This document shows positions 10,996 through 19,675 of a stretch of DNA of 64,000 nucleotides, in pieces. The stretch spans positions 608,001 to 672,000 of the forward strand of contig OZ252244.1 in NCBI GenBank assembly GCA_965249575.1, in the 5' to 3' direction. Below the pieces are notes generated by a model that saw only the letters and a list, made by a program, of their open reading frames with translations, made no database searches and was not told the DNA's origin. Position numbers and translations under genes: made by a program. Numbering within the stretch: the first letter of the stretch is position 1; each line of letters starts with the position of its first letter. This DNA is from Gemmatimonadales bacterium (GTDB taxonomy: Bacteria > Gemmatimonadota > Gemmatimonadetes > Gemmatimonadales > GWC2-71-9).

Positions 10996-11098
10996 GCGCG
11001 ACGGTAACACCACCACGATTGCCACTGTGCATGGGACGGTTGCGGCACGAAACCAAAAAACGCACGAACCGTCGTGTCTCTCCCATCAAAAGACAGAT

Positions 11099-12457
11099 CT
11101 ACTCCGTCCGCTGTAGCCCATAGCGCTCGATCTTCTTGTAGAGATTGCTCCGCGGCATGTCCAACTTTCTCGCCGTCTCACTGACGTTCCACCCATTCTC
11201 AGTCAGTTTCGCCGCCAGGAACGTCCGCTCGGCTTGCTGCTTGAAGTCATCGAAGGTGTCGCACTGGACGAGTTGATTCATCCCCTCCAGCGGCACGTCC
11301 CCGCCTAGTCGGCCAACGTCGGTGGCGTCAACGGAATCCCCCGACGACAAGATCATGAGCCGCTCGACGGCGTTACGGAGCTCGCGAACGTTCCCCGGCC
11401 ACTCTCGGACGCTCAGAGCCCGCACTGCTTCGGGGGCGACTTGCTTGCCCGCCAGACCCGGGTCCCGACCGAGATCGGCAACGAATCGCTCGATGAGCAG
11501 CGGGATATCCTCGCGCCGAGCCCTGAGCGGCGGCACCGAGATTGGTACGACGTTGAGGCGATAAAGCAGGTCTTCGCGGAATCGGCCGGTCGCCACTTCT
11601 TCTTCTATCGCCTTGTTGGTCGCGGCGATGACCCGCACATCGACCTGCACCGCCTTCGACGCTCCGACCCGCGTCACTACACCCTCCTGCAGGGCGCGGA
11701 GCATCTTGGCCTGGGCGGCGAGGCTCATGTCGGCGACCTCGTCTAGAAAAAGCGTGCCCCCATCCGCCTGCTCGAACTTGCCGGGCCGATCGGCGACCGC
11801 CCCAGTGAATGATCCCTTCATGTGCCCGAACAGCTCGCTCTCAATCAACTCTGACGGGATCGCCGCGCAGTTCACCTCGACGAACGGCTTAGTGGCGCGA
11901 GTGGATCGCGAGTGTACCCCCCGGGCCACAAGCTCCTTGCCGGTGCCATTCTCGCCCATGACCAGGACGCGGGCCGACGTCGGCGCCACCTTGGCAATCG
12001 TATCGAGCACCTCGCGGATGGCCGGACTCTCCCCGACGATCTCGTACTGATCCGATGCGTCGGCGCGGAGTCGCTCGTTTTCGCCCGTGAGGGCAACGCG
12101 CTCGAAAGCGTTGCGCAGTGTGAGCAGGATCCGGTCCGTGTCCAGCGGCTTCTCGAGAAAATCGTACGCACCGAGCTGGGTGGCCTCGACGGCGGTCTAA
12201 ATCGTTCCATGGCCGCTGATCATCACCACGTGCACCGCCGGATCCATCTCCCTGAGCGCCGACAGCGCTGCGAGCCCGTCCATACCCGCCATCTTCACAT
12301 CGAGAAAGACGAGATGTGGATGGAACTCTTTGAACACAGAGAGCGCCCGATCTCCCGACGAGGCCGTTCGGACCTCGATTTCCTCGTACTCGAGCAATTG
12401 CCGGAGGGCATCGCGGACTCCCTTTTCGTCATCAACAACCAGCACGCGCCTAGCCAT
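11099..12457 (-). pseudogene. Sigma-54-type response regulator (NtrX/NtrC family) with in-frame TAG at 12197-12199
   Basis: Receiver (VLVVDDE, FLDVKM, ISGHGTI*TAVEATQLGAYDFLEKP) in frame with AAA+ (GENGTGKE, GSFTGA, LFLDEV, WPGNVREL) and Fis HTH. Confidence 0.9.
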
Positions 12458-13116
12458 CAACGCCCCCGCCGGTAAAAGGTCACTCCCTCCGGGCGGATCC
12501 GTACATCCCGCACGGTGCGGGGGACGGAAACCGGAATCGCACCATCCGAGCGACCGGTCAACGTATTCACCAACTTGGGAATCACGACCCCGGGGAACGG
12601 GAACGAACGAACCACGAAACTGTCCGGTACCCACGCGAGCATGCCGTCATCGACCCCACGAGGCCCCCCCGAAACCCGCAATGGCTCTCGCTCGCCGAGG
12701 GCCGCGGCGAACGGCCCCAGCAGCTCGCGGCCCAGGATGCGCGTGGCCACAGAGGCCCGGAGCGTGAGGCGGTCGTCGTGGAGGGTCACCTCGATCGAGT
12801 CGAGCGCGTCCCGCGCCCGTGGCTCGAGGCCCGCCTCGATGATCGACGCCATCTCGCTCGGTGTGAGCTCGACGACCTCCGGACCGTCGGGGCGCTCGAT
12901 CGCGCCCTGCTTCATGAGCGCGGATCGCAGCGCGACGATGGACGCGCCGCCGGTCGCGGCTGCGGTAGGGAGCGGCCCGCGCGGCCCATCGACACCCCGC
13001 AGCGACCCGAAGGCGCCCCCAATCTGGCCGCGGTAATGCCACCCGGCGATGCCACCGAGCACGACGAACACCAAGCAGCCCACCATCGCGAACGTACTCT
13101 TGAGGCAGCCGGCCAT
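12457..13116 (-). CDS. Membrane-anchored hypothetical protein
   Basis: N-terminal TM segment; start/stop overlaps with both neighbours. Confidence 0.7.
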   Translation of the reverse strand: MAGCLKSTFAMVGCLVFVVLGGIAGWHYRGQIGGAFGSLRGVDGPRGPLPTAAATGGASIVALRSALMKQGAIERPDGPEVVELTPSEMASIIEAGLEPRARDALDSIEVTLHDDRLTLRASVATRILGRELLGPFAAALGEREPLRVSGGPRGVDDGMLAWVPDSFVVRSFPFPGVVIPKLVNTLTGRSDGAIPVSVPRTVRDVRIRPEGVTFYRRGR

Positions 13117-13685
13117 TACCCTGTGAACACTAAAGGAAGCGACCGGCGAAGGCTGTAACGAGCCCCACGTGCGCTCAGGTGGCTCTCCATGAGATCGATG
13201 GACGGAACCGGCACGTCGGTCTCGTAGGGAAGCTGGTCGAGGACGTCGCCAAGTCCGGCGAGCGCGCGCTGATCCGAACCCTTCTTGACGCGACCCAGCG
13301 TGAGATGTGGGCGGAATGGACGGCCCTCAATCGGGAATCCCACCCCTTCGAGCTGCCGCTCGAGCCGATCCTGCAGCAGCTCGAGCGCCGGGACATCGCC
13401 ACATCCAACCCAAACGACTCGCGCGTTCGCGGGCGTTGGAAACGCGCCAAACCCACCGAGCGGCAGCTCGAACTCGCGTGCGTCGCCAATCGCTTGCTCG
13501 AGTGCACGCTCGACGGTCGCCAGTCGCTCGTCGGCAACGTTTCCGAGAAACTTCAGGGTGAGGTGCATGCTCTCGGGCGCGACCCAGCGCACCGGGAACT
13601 CCGCCGATCGAAGCGGGGTGGCCGCCTCCCAAACATCGCGCCGGACAGCCCCTGGAAGGTTGATCGCGACGAATAGCCGGGGCAC
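13116..13685 (-). CDS. thpR: RNA 2',3'-cyclic phosphodiesterase (2H family)
   Basis: RLFVAI start, two HLTL motifs (HLTLKFLG, PFRPHLTLGR). Confidence 0.95.
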   Translation of the reverse strand: MPRLFVAINLPGAVRRDVWEAATPLRSAEFPVRWVAPESMHLTLKFLGNVADERLATVERALEQAIGDAREFELPLGGFGAFPTPANARVVWVGCGDVPALELLQDRLERQLEGVGFPIEGRPFRPHLTLGRVKKGSDQRALAGLGDVLDQLPYETDVPVPSIDLMESHLSARGARYSLRRSLPLVFTG

Positions 13686-14513
13686 TCAGGCACGCTCCGC
13701 CAACAACTCGACGCTGGACTCGCCGCCGCCGAGCAGCTTACCCCGTCGATACCCGTCGAGGTCGAGCGTCACGCGCGAGAACCCCAGCAACAGAAACCGA
13801 TCGCGGATACGGCATTGATAGAGCCTGACGAGCGGGAACTCGCTGGGAGCCACCTCGAGCCGCGCTTCCTGACCGCGATGTCGAACTCGCAGATCTCCCG
13901 TGACTCCGATCGATCGCAGGACCGCCTCCCCGTTTTCCACCTGCCGGAGGCGGGTTGGGGTGACCGACAGCCCGTACATGACCCGGCTGGCGAGACACGG
14001 GGCGGCAGGCGCATCCCAAACGGGGATCCCGAGCGCTCGGGCCTCTCGCCGGATGTGTGCTTTCGTGTAGCCTGCTTCCACGAGCGGCGATCGAATACCG
14101 TGCTCGGCAGCTGCCTTCGACCCCGGGCGATGGTCGTCGAGATCATCACTGTTCGTCCCGTCGACGATGCAGGAGAACTCGTGGCGAGCGGCGACGTGCT
14201 CGAGCTGGTTCCACAGCTCGTGTTTGCAGAAGTAGCATCGACTGGGGGTGTTTGCCGCGTAACGGGTGTCGCCGACTTCGCCGGTGGGGACTTCGATCAC
14301 CCGAACGTCGAACATGCCGGCGACGCCAAGCGCTTGCCGATACTGCGTCTCGGACAGGGAGGCACTCACGCCGATCGCAGCCGCCGACCGCTCGCGCCCG
14401 AGGACCCGACGCGCGACCACTGCGAGGAGCGCAGAGTCTACCCCGCCGGAATAACCGATCAGGAGCGAGGGGAATGTTCGCAGGAGATCGGCGAGCGGAG
14501 ACGAGCTGCTCAT
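13686..14513 (-). CDS. larE: LarE-family ATP-dependent sulfur transferase
   Basis: YSGGVDS PP-loop, RCYFCK, DGTNSDD..DHRPG, PCLASR, LRVRH; ATG at 14513. Confidence 0.9.
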   Translation of the reverse strand: MSSSSPLADLLRTFPSLLIGYSGGVDSALLAVVARRVLGRERSAAAIGVSASLSETQYRQALGVAGMFDVRVIEVPTGEVGDTRYAANTPSRCYFCKHELWNQLEHVAARHEFSCIVDGTNSDDLDDHRPGSKAAAEHGIRSPLVEAGYTKAHIRREARALGIPVWDAPAAPCLASRVMYGLSVTPTRLRQVENGEAVLRSIGVTGDLRVRHRGQEARLEVAPSEFPLVRLYQCRIRDRFLLLGFSRVTLDLDGYRRGKLLGGGESSVELLAERA

Positions 14514-14654
14514 GCGGCTATAGATAACCGGGGCCGGTTTGCAAAGGAAGCGGCGGAGCCCTGGCCGGGCACACCTCCCACACGCACTATTGTCCCACTG
14601 GACTGTGTGTGGGACAGCTGCGCCGGTGCGACACCTTTGGGACCGGGGGAACCA

Positions 14655-15152
14655 ATGATGCGTACACTCTGGGTCGCCGTGCTTGCGGCGGGTGCGCTTT
14701 GGGCTGCGGGAGCGCTCGCCGTTGAGCATCGGCAGGGGCCCACCGTGATGGCGCTGCGCTTCATGGCGGGCTGCTGGAGGGGGCAATTTGCGCGCGGGGC
14801 TGGGACCGGGATCATCGAAGAACATTACACGGAACCGTCGGACAACACGTTGCTGGGGACGACCCGCTATCTCCTGGAGCAACGCACCATCCAATACGAG
14901 CTAACGGTTATTACACAGGACAGCGCCGGCGTGTGGATGATCCCCTACCCCGGCGGCCGCCGCTCTGAACACGCGTTTCTCTTGACGGGGGTGACGGAGA
15001 ATAGGGCCATCTGTGAGGCACCCGAACACGACTACCCCAAACGCATCATCTATCGAGCCGACGGCGACTCCGTACTTCGGGCAAGCATCGACGCGGGCCC
15101 TCGAAACGAACGTCCGCGCACCTGGACCATGACACGATCTAAGTGCCCGTGA
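14655..15152 (+). CDS. Secreted DUF6265-like protein
   Basis: Signal peptide, LRFMAGCWRG, IEEHYT, PEHDYPKRIIYR. Confidence 0.75.
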   Translation: MMRTLWVAVLAAGALWAAGALAVEHRQGPTVMALRFMAGCWRGQFARGAGTGIIEEHYTEPSDNTLLGTTRYLLEQRTIQYELTVITQDSAGVWMIPYPGGRRSEHAFLLTGVTENRAICEAPEHDYPKRIIYRADGDSVLRASIDAGPRNERPRTWTMTRSKCP

Positions 15153-15207
15153 TTGTCTCTCGCGCCGACGTCTTGCGTTTTAGGCGTGCTAGGTCGGGCG
15201 GAGGCGT

Positions 15208-15495
15208 CTACCCGTGGTCCGGATCGGACCGATTGAGGTCAACCGGATCGACTGTCGCGTGATCTGCTGCCTCGAGCGCGACGAGCGCGGCCCCCAGGGT
15301 GCGGCGCGCGTCGATCAGCCGCACCAACCCCTCGCCGACGTCAGTTGCGGTCGGCTGCGCCCTCCCGTGCCTCTCCCCGGCCGACGAGGCCGCCGCGTTC
15401 CCGGACGTGTTTCGGCCGGTGGCTTGGTCCAGGACGAGTAGTTGGTGACGGACGGCCTCCAGCGCAGTCGAAATCACTCCGGTTTCCAGAGACAT
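15208..15495 (-). CDS. Small protein resembling joined N- and C-terminal helices of flagellar rod/hook proteins
   Basis: ISTALEAV...; DVGEGLVRLIDARR..A...LEAAD pattern; coupled to upstream ORF by TGATG. Confidence 0.45.
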   Translation of the reverse strand: MSLETGVISTALEAVRHQLLVLDQATGRNTSGNAAASSAGERHGRAQPTATDVGEGLVRLIDARRTLGAALVALEAADHATVDPVDLNRSDPDHG

Positions 15496-15713
15496 CAGCC
15501 CCCCTGGGTGGGACAGGCGCGTATCGTGAGGATCAGTTCCGGAGTCAGGAGCTGCGTGCTCTCCGGGAGGGTGCTGTCGGGCTTGATGTGCACCACTGCT
15601 CGCCCACACTCGGCCACGGCCTGCCGGTAGTCCACGCCCGTCGATCCGGTCAGCAGCTCCCCAACGGCACACCCGTTGAGGGCCCCGATCAGCCCTAGTA
15701 CGAGAGCCTTCAT
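15495..15713 (-). CDS. Small putative lipoprotein
   Basis: MKALVLGLIGALNGC lipobox-like N-terminus; GAGGGGGG RBS. Confidence 0.55.
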   Translation of the reverse strand: MKALVLGLIGALNGCAVGELLTGSTGVDYRQAVAECGRAVVHIKPDSTLPESTQLLTPELILTIRACPTQGG

Positions 15714-15789
15714 CGCTCGTCCCCCTCAGGTAACGTGAGGATCGGCGACAGCAGGAGGTTTCTTGAGTTTTGGGGGTCCGGTGGGAGAC

Positions 15790-16782
15790 TCACCCCGTGA
15801 CGTCCCGGAACATCTTTGCGCTTTGTTCGGGACTCACGGATACGACGGCGACGCCTGATGCCGATTCGAGGCCCGCCGGAATGCTCATGCGCGGCTGAAT
15901 CCGCGCGTGCCAGCGGAACGCCCCGCGCCCGGCGCTTTGAGGAACGGAGACGATGACGACGTTACAGTCCGGATCGTCAAGGGCCTGTTCCACACGCCTG
16001 AGCGTCTCGCGGAGCACGTGCGCGAAGACCGCTAGAGAGGCCCCCGGTTCCTCCGTGAGACTCGCTCCCGCTTCGGTCGGGACGATCCAGGTCTCTCCCG
16101 CCCACCGCGGGGCATAGGGACAGAAGACCACGAAGCCCTCCCCGGCACGTATCACACGTGTGTCCGCCCCGAGCTCGGCAGCGATGACGTCGTCGTACAC
16201 CGACCGCCCAGTCGTCTCGTAGTACCCGCGCGCGACCCCGAGCATCCTCGCGCTGCTCGGCGAGTCGACAGGAGTCGAGATGAGCTGCCAGTGGGGGTGG
16301 GTGAGGGAGGCACCGGAGCCGATCCCATGGTTCTTGAAGACCGTGACGAGCGAGGCATGGTTCTCTGCCTCGACGACCTTGCAGCGCTCCTGCGCGACGC
16401 CCAGCACGGCACGGCCAACACGGGAATCACGGGACGCCAGCGCGGGTCGATGGTTCCGGCCTTCCACGATGACCTCATGTCGGCCGAGGGCCGGGATCGA
16501 GGTGAAAGGCGCGGGGGGCGCGGCACCGTTGGCGCTCGGTGTCCCGCCCAGCGCCGGGTACTTGTTCGGGACCAGGCGCGCGAGCCAGTCGCCAATCTCG
16601 GGAAAGCGGGTGATCTCGGGCGGCGTGCACGACTCGTTCCCGGGACAAAATGGACACGCGGGATCGAACTCCGGGCGGGCAGCTACTGGCGCCGCCGAAA
16701 CCCGCTGCACTGGGCGGCGAGCCCGCTCCGCCGCTACTACGACCCACTCTCCGGTAGTCGGGTCTCTCCTCAGCTCCGGCAC
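15790..16782 (-). CDS. GalT-like HIT-superfamily nucleotidyltransferase
   Basis: ELRRDP.TGEWV, CPFCPGNE, VPNKYPAL, GRHEVIVE, FKNHG..SGASLTHPHWQ; GTG at 16782. Confidence 0.9.
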   Translation of the reverse strand: MPELRRDPTTGEWVVVAAERARRPVQRVSAAPVAARPEFDPACPFCPGNESCTPPEITRFPEIGDWLARLVPNKYPALGGTPSANGAAPPAPFTSIPALGRHEVIVEGRNHRPALASRDSRVGRAVLGVAQERCKVVEAENHASLVTVFKNHGIGSGASLTHPHWQLISTPVDSPSSARMLGVARGYYETTGRSVYDDVIAAELGADTRVIRAGEGFVVFCPYAPRWAGETWIVPTEAGASLTEEPGASLAVFAHVLRETLRRVEQALDDPDCNVVIVSVPQSAGRGAFRWHARIQPRMSIPAGLESASGVAVVSVSPEQSAKMFRDVTG

Positions 16783-16786
16783 GCCA

Positions 16787-18226
16787 CTACGAAGCCTTAC
16801 GCATGCCGCGCCGGAAGCGCTCGGGATCGGCCGCAAACTGCGCGCGCGAGCCCTCGCCGTTGAAATGATACGTTCGCCCCTGATAGACCTCCTGCAGGGA
16901 GGTGGCCGGATCAATGGCGATACCCGAGACCGGGTCGCGTTCCTCGCCACTCAGGGCAGCCATTGCCACCGGGGTATGCCGAGGGACCCGGCGTCCCAGC
17001 AGGGACGCGTACAGCTTCAGTTCGTCTGCGATCAAACGCGTGAGCAGGAACCGGTCGCGCACGAGCTCCCGGCCTGCCCGCGCGAGCTGTCGGGCACGGC
17101 GGGGGTGTCGCACCAGCTGAACGATGTTCTCGGCGCATTCCTCGACGGTATCGATGAGCGCGCCACCCGAACCGCCGGGCATCTGGAGCGGTATGCCGCC
17201 GCTTCCCCTGGCGACCATGGGCGTGTCCTTCCACAGCGTCTCGGATACGATGAGCCCAAACCCCTCGCGGGTGGACATTTGAATCGCCACGTCGGCCAAG
17301 CGCTGGAAGGCGTTGACCTCCATGTTGCCAACACCGTTGAGATTCGTGTGGAGACCGATGTCCCTATCGCCCTCGGTGGCAGCGCGGACCTGCTCGTAGA
17401 TCTCGCAGCCTTCCGGATCGTCCAGGGCCATCGATCCCACCATGGCGAGCTGAAGGCCAGGGATCTCCTCCCGCGCAAGCCGGTATGCTTCGATGGCCCC
17501 GAGCGGGTCCTTCCACGGATCGAAGCGGCTCACTTGGGCCACGAGCGGCCTGTCGGGATCCACCCCGATCCACTGGAGCATGCGCTTCGCCGTCGACGGC
17601 TTCAGCACCATGTTTTTCGGGCTCTCGGGATCGATGGCCGGCGGGATGATCTCCACGCGCTCGAGCGGGATGTCGGGCGGGACGAACCCGCCGAGAGTGA
17701 AGACGGCCGCGTCGTAGTGCCGGACGTACGGCCGGAGAAACGCCCACGTTTCGGCGTTCGGCCGAGCCGTATCGATGTGGCACCGCCAGATCCACTTCCC
17801 ATCCCGCCGGCCATGGTACTCGGTCAGCCCGAGGGGCTGTGGATCGTGAATGAAGTACAGATCGTATTCGGATTCGAGCAGCGCCGCGTTGGCCTTGGAG
17901 TTTGCGACGTATGTCTCGCGGTCTATCTGGGTCAGGCCGCGCTCCGAGCCCTGGAGCCCATTGTGCATCGCCTTGGTCGCTCGGAAAAACGCTTCGCCAC
18001 CGGTGATGATCTTCCACGTCGCGTCGAGCCCGAGGTCCCGCAGCAGCGGGATCTCCGAACGCAGGATCTCCGCGACCCCTCCGCCGTACGGCGTGGCATT
18101 CAAATGGAGCACGCGGACACCCTGAAGCGATTTGGCCAGTGCGCGAAGTTGATCGATCACGTCCGCGCCGGCGCTGGCCGCGTAGGCGTCGATCCGATGT
18201 TTGCCCACGTCAACGGACTGGAGCAT
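16787..18226 (-). CDS. treT: Trehalose synthase TreT-like GT4 glycosyltransferase with C-terminal YHS-like domain
   Basis: [54 protein letters not shown]. Confidence 0.85.
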   Translation of the reverse strand: MLQSVDVGKHRIDAYAASAGADVIDQLRALAKSLQGVRVLHLNATPYGGGVAEILRSEIPLLRDLGLDATWKIITGGEAFFRATKAMHNGLQGSERGLTQIDRETYVANSKANAALLESEYDLYFIHDPQPLGLTEYHGRRDGKWIWRCHIDTARPNAETWAFLRPYVRHYDAAVFTLGGFVPPDIPLERVEIIPPAIDPESPKNMVLKPSTAKRMLQWIGVDPDRPLVAQVSRFDPWKDPLGAIEAYRLAREEIPGLQLAMVGSMALDDPEGCEIYEQVRAATEGDRDIGLHTNLNGVGNMEVNAFQRLADVAIQMSTREGFGLIVSETLWKDTPMVARGSGGIPLQMPGGSGGALIDTVEECAENIVQLVRHPRRARQLARAGRELVRDRFLLTRLIADELKLYASLLGRRVPRHTPVAMAALSGEERDPVSGIAIDPATSLQEVYQGRTYHFNGEGSRAQFAADPERFRRGMRKAS

Positions 18227-18396
18227 TCCGGAGCCCCTTTCGGTGAGGGCGCGCCCTCCTCCCAACCGGGAACCACAGCGCTACCCCCGGGACACATAGA
18301 TGATCGGAGTATCGGCGGGGCCAGCCCGAACTGGAGTGTCTCAGCGTTGAGGGGTTGGAGGGCGCCGTGGAGGCGCCATGGTATATTGCTGGCGTC

Positions 18397-19671
18397 ATGG
18401 CCCAATCCGTACGGCGGCGCCCGCCGTTGCGCACCACGGGTGTCCTCGCGCTTATCACCGCGGGGCTGACGATACCCGCCTCGGCCAGGCAACGGCCGCC
18501 CGAACCCACACCCGCCCCGAGCTCCGGATCGCAAATCGAGGTCTACCTGGTCACGATGGGGCCGGGCGAACAATCCTGGGAACGCTTCGGCCACAACGGC
18601 ATCTGGGTACGAGATCCCGGGCACGGGGTCGACGCGGTCTACAACTACGGACTGTTCAGTTTCGAGCAGGATGGGTTCCTGCTGCGCTTCCTGCGGGGAC
18701 GGATGATGTACTGGATGCAGGGGCTCCCTGCCGAATCGCATCTAGAGTGGTACCGCAGCGCCAACCGGTCGGTCTGGATTCAGGAACTCAACCTTTCCTC
18801 GGCACAACGCGTGGAGATTCGAGACTTCCTGTTGTGGAACGAACGCCCCGAGAACCGCCTCTATCGGTACGACTATTACCTGGACAATTGTTCCACCCGG
18901 GTCCGTGACGCCATCGACCGAGTGCTTGGGGGGCGAATTCAGGAGCAGACCCAGGATGCCCGGCCGGGCACAACGTTTCGCTTCCACACGCGTCGTCTCA
19001 CTACCGCCGACCTGCCGTTGTTCACCGGCTTGACGATCGGTTTGGGACGTTTCGTCGACCGCCCCATCTCGGTCTGGGAGGAGATGTTCTTGCCGCTCAA
19101 GGTCAGGGAACATGTCCGCGACGTGACCGTTCTCGCTGCCGACGGCCGCGCCGTTCCCCTCGTGCGATCGGAGCGAACGCTCTTCGAGAGCACCGTACCG
19201 CCGGAGCGCACATCCCCTCCGACCTGGTGGCCGGGCTACCTCGTGTTGGGCCTCGGCCTCGCAACCGTGTTGGCGGCGCTCGCGAGAACGGCCACGAGCA
19301 GCGACGGCGCACGTATTGCTTTCGCCGCAACCGCAACGATCTGGGCGTGCGTCTCGGGTGTGCTGGGAACCATCCTCGCCGCTCTCTGGCTTCTCACCGA
19401 CCACACCGCCGCCCACTGGAACGAGAATCTGCTGCTGTTCAGCCCGCTCACCCTCGCGCTCGCGGCCGTCATTCCCTTTTCCGTTCGTGCGTGGCCGCGT
19501 GCCGCGAGATGGGCGAAGGGACTCAGCCTCGCCGTGGCGGTCCTGGCTTTGCTCGCATTAGTCGGAAAGGTATTGCCAGGCTTTTACCAGGCGAACGGCG
19601 AGCTGGTCGCGCTCGCTCTACCGCCTACCCTGGCGCTCGCGTGGGGGGTTCGGAGGGTGGTGACACAATGA
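18397..19671 (+). CDS. DUF4105 (Lnb-like) membrane protein
   Basis: FGHNGIWV, YNYGLFSF, YRYDYYLDNCSTR, C-terminal TM helices. Confidence 0.8.
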   Translation: MAQSVRRRPPLRTTGVLALITAGLTIPASARQRPPEPTPAPSSGSQIEVYLVTMGPGEQSWERFGHNGIWVRDPGHGVDAVYNYGLFSFEQDGFLLRFLRGRMMYWMQGLPAESHLEWYRSANRSVWIQELNLSSAQRVEIRDFLLWNERPENRLYRYDYYLDNCSTRVRDAIDRVLGGRIQEQTQDARPGTTFRFHTRRLTTADLPLFTGLTIGLGRFVDRPISVWEEMFLPLKVREHVRDVTVLAADGRAVPLVRSERTLFESTVPPERTSPPTWWPGYLVLGLGLATVLAALARTATSSDGARIAFAATATIWACVSGVLGTILAALWLLTDHTAAHWNENLLLFSPLTLALAAVIPFSVRAWPRAARWAKGLSLAVAVLALLALVGKVLPGFYQANGELVALALPPTLALAWGVRRVVTQ

Positions 19672-19675
19672 GTCA

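Noticed and set aside
13815..14894. Long N-terminal extensions on larE and the DUF6265-like ORF
   Set aside because: Each extension is the antisense of the other divergent gene; starts at 14513 and 14655 fit better.
16280..18469. 729-aa + strand ORF and similar long ORFs (6110-7630, 32675-33784)
   Set aside because: Antisense shadows of real genes, expected at high GC; no recognisable motifs.
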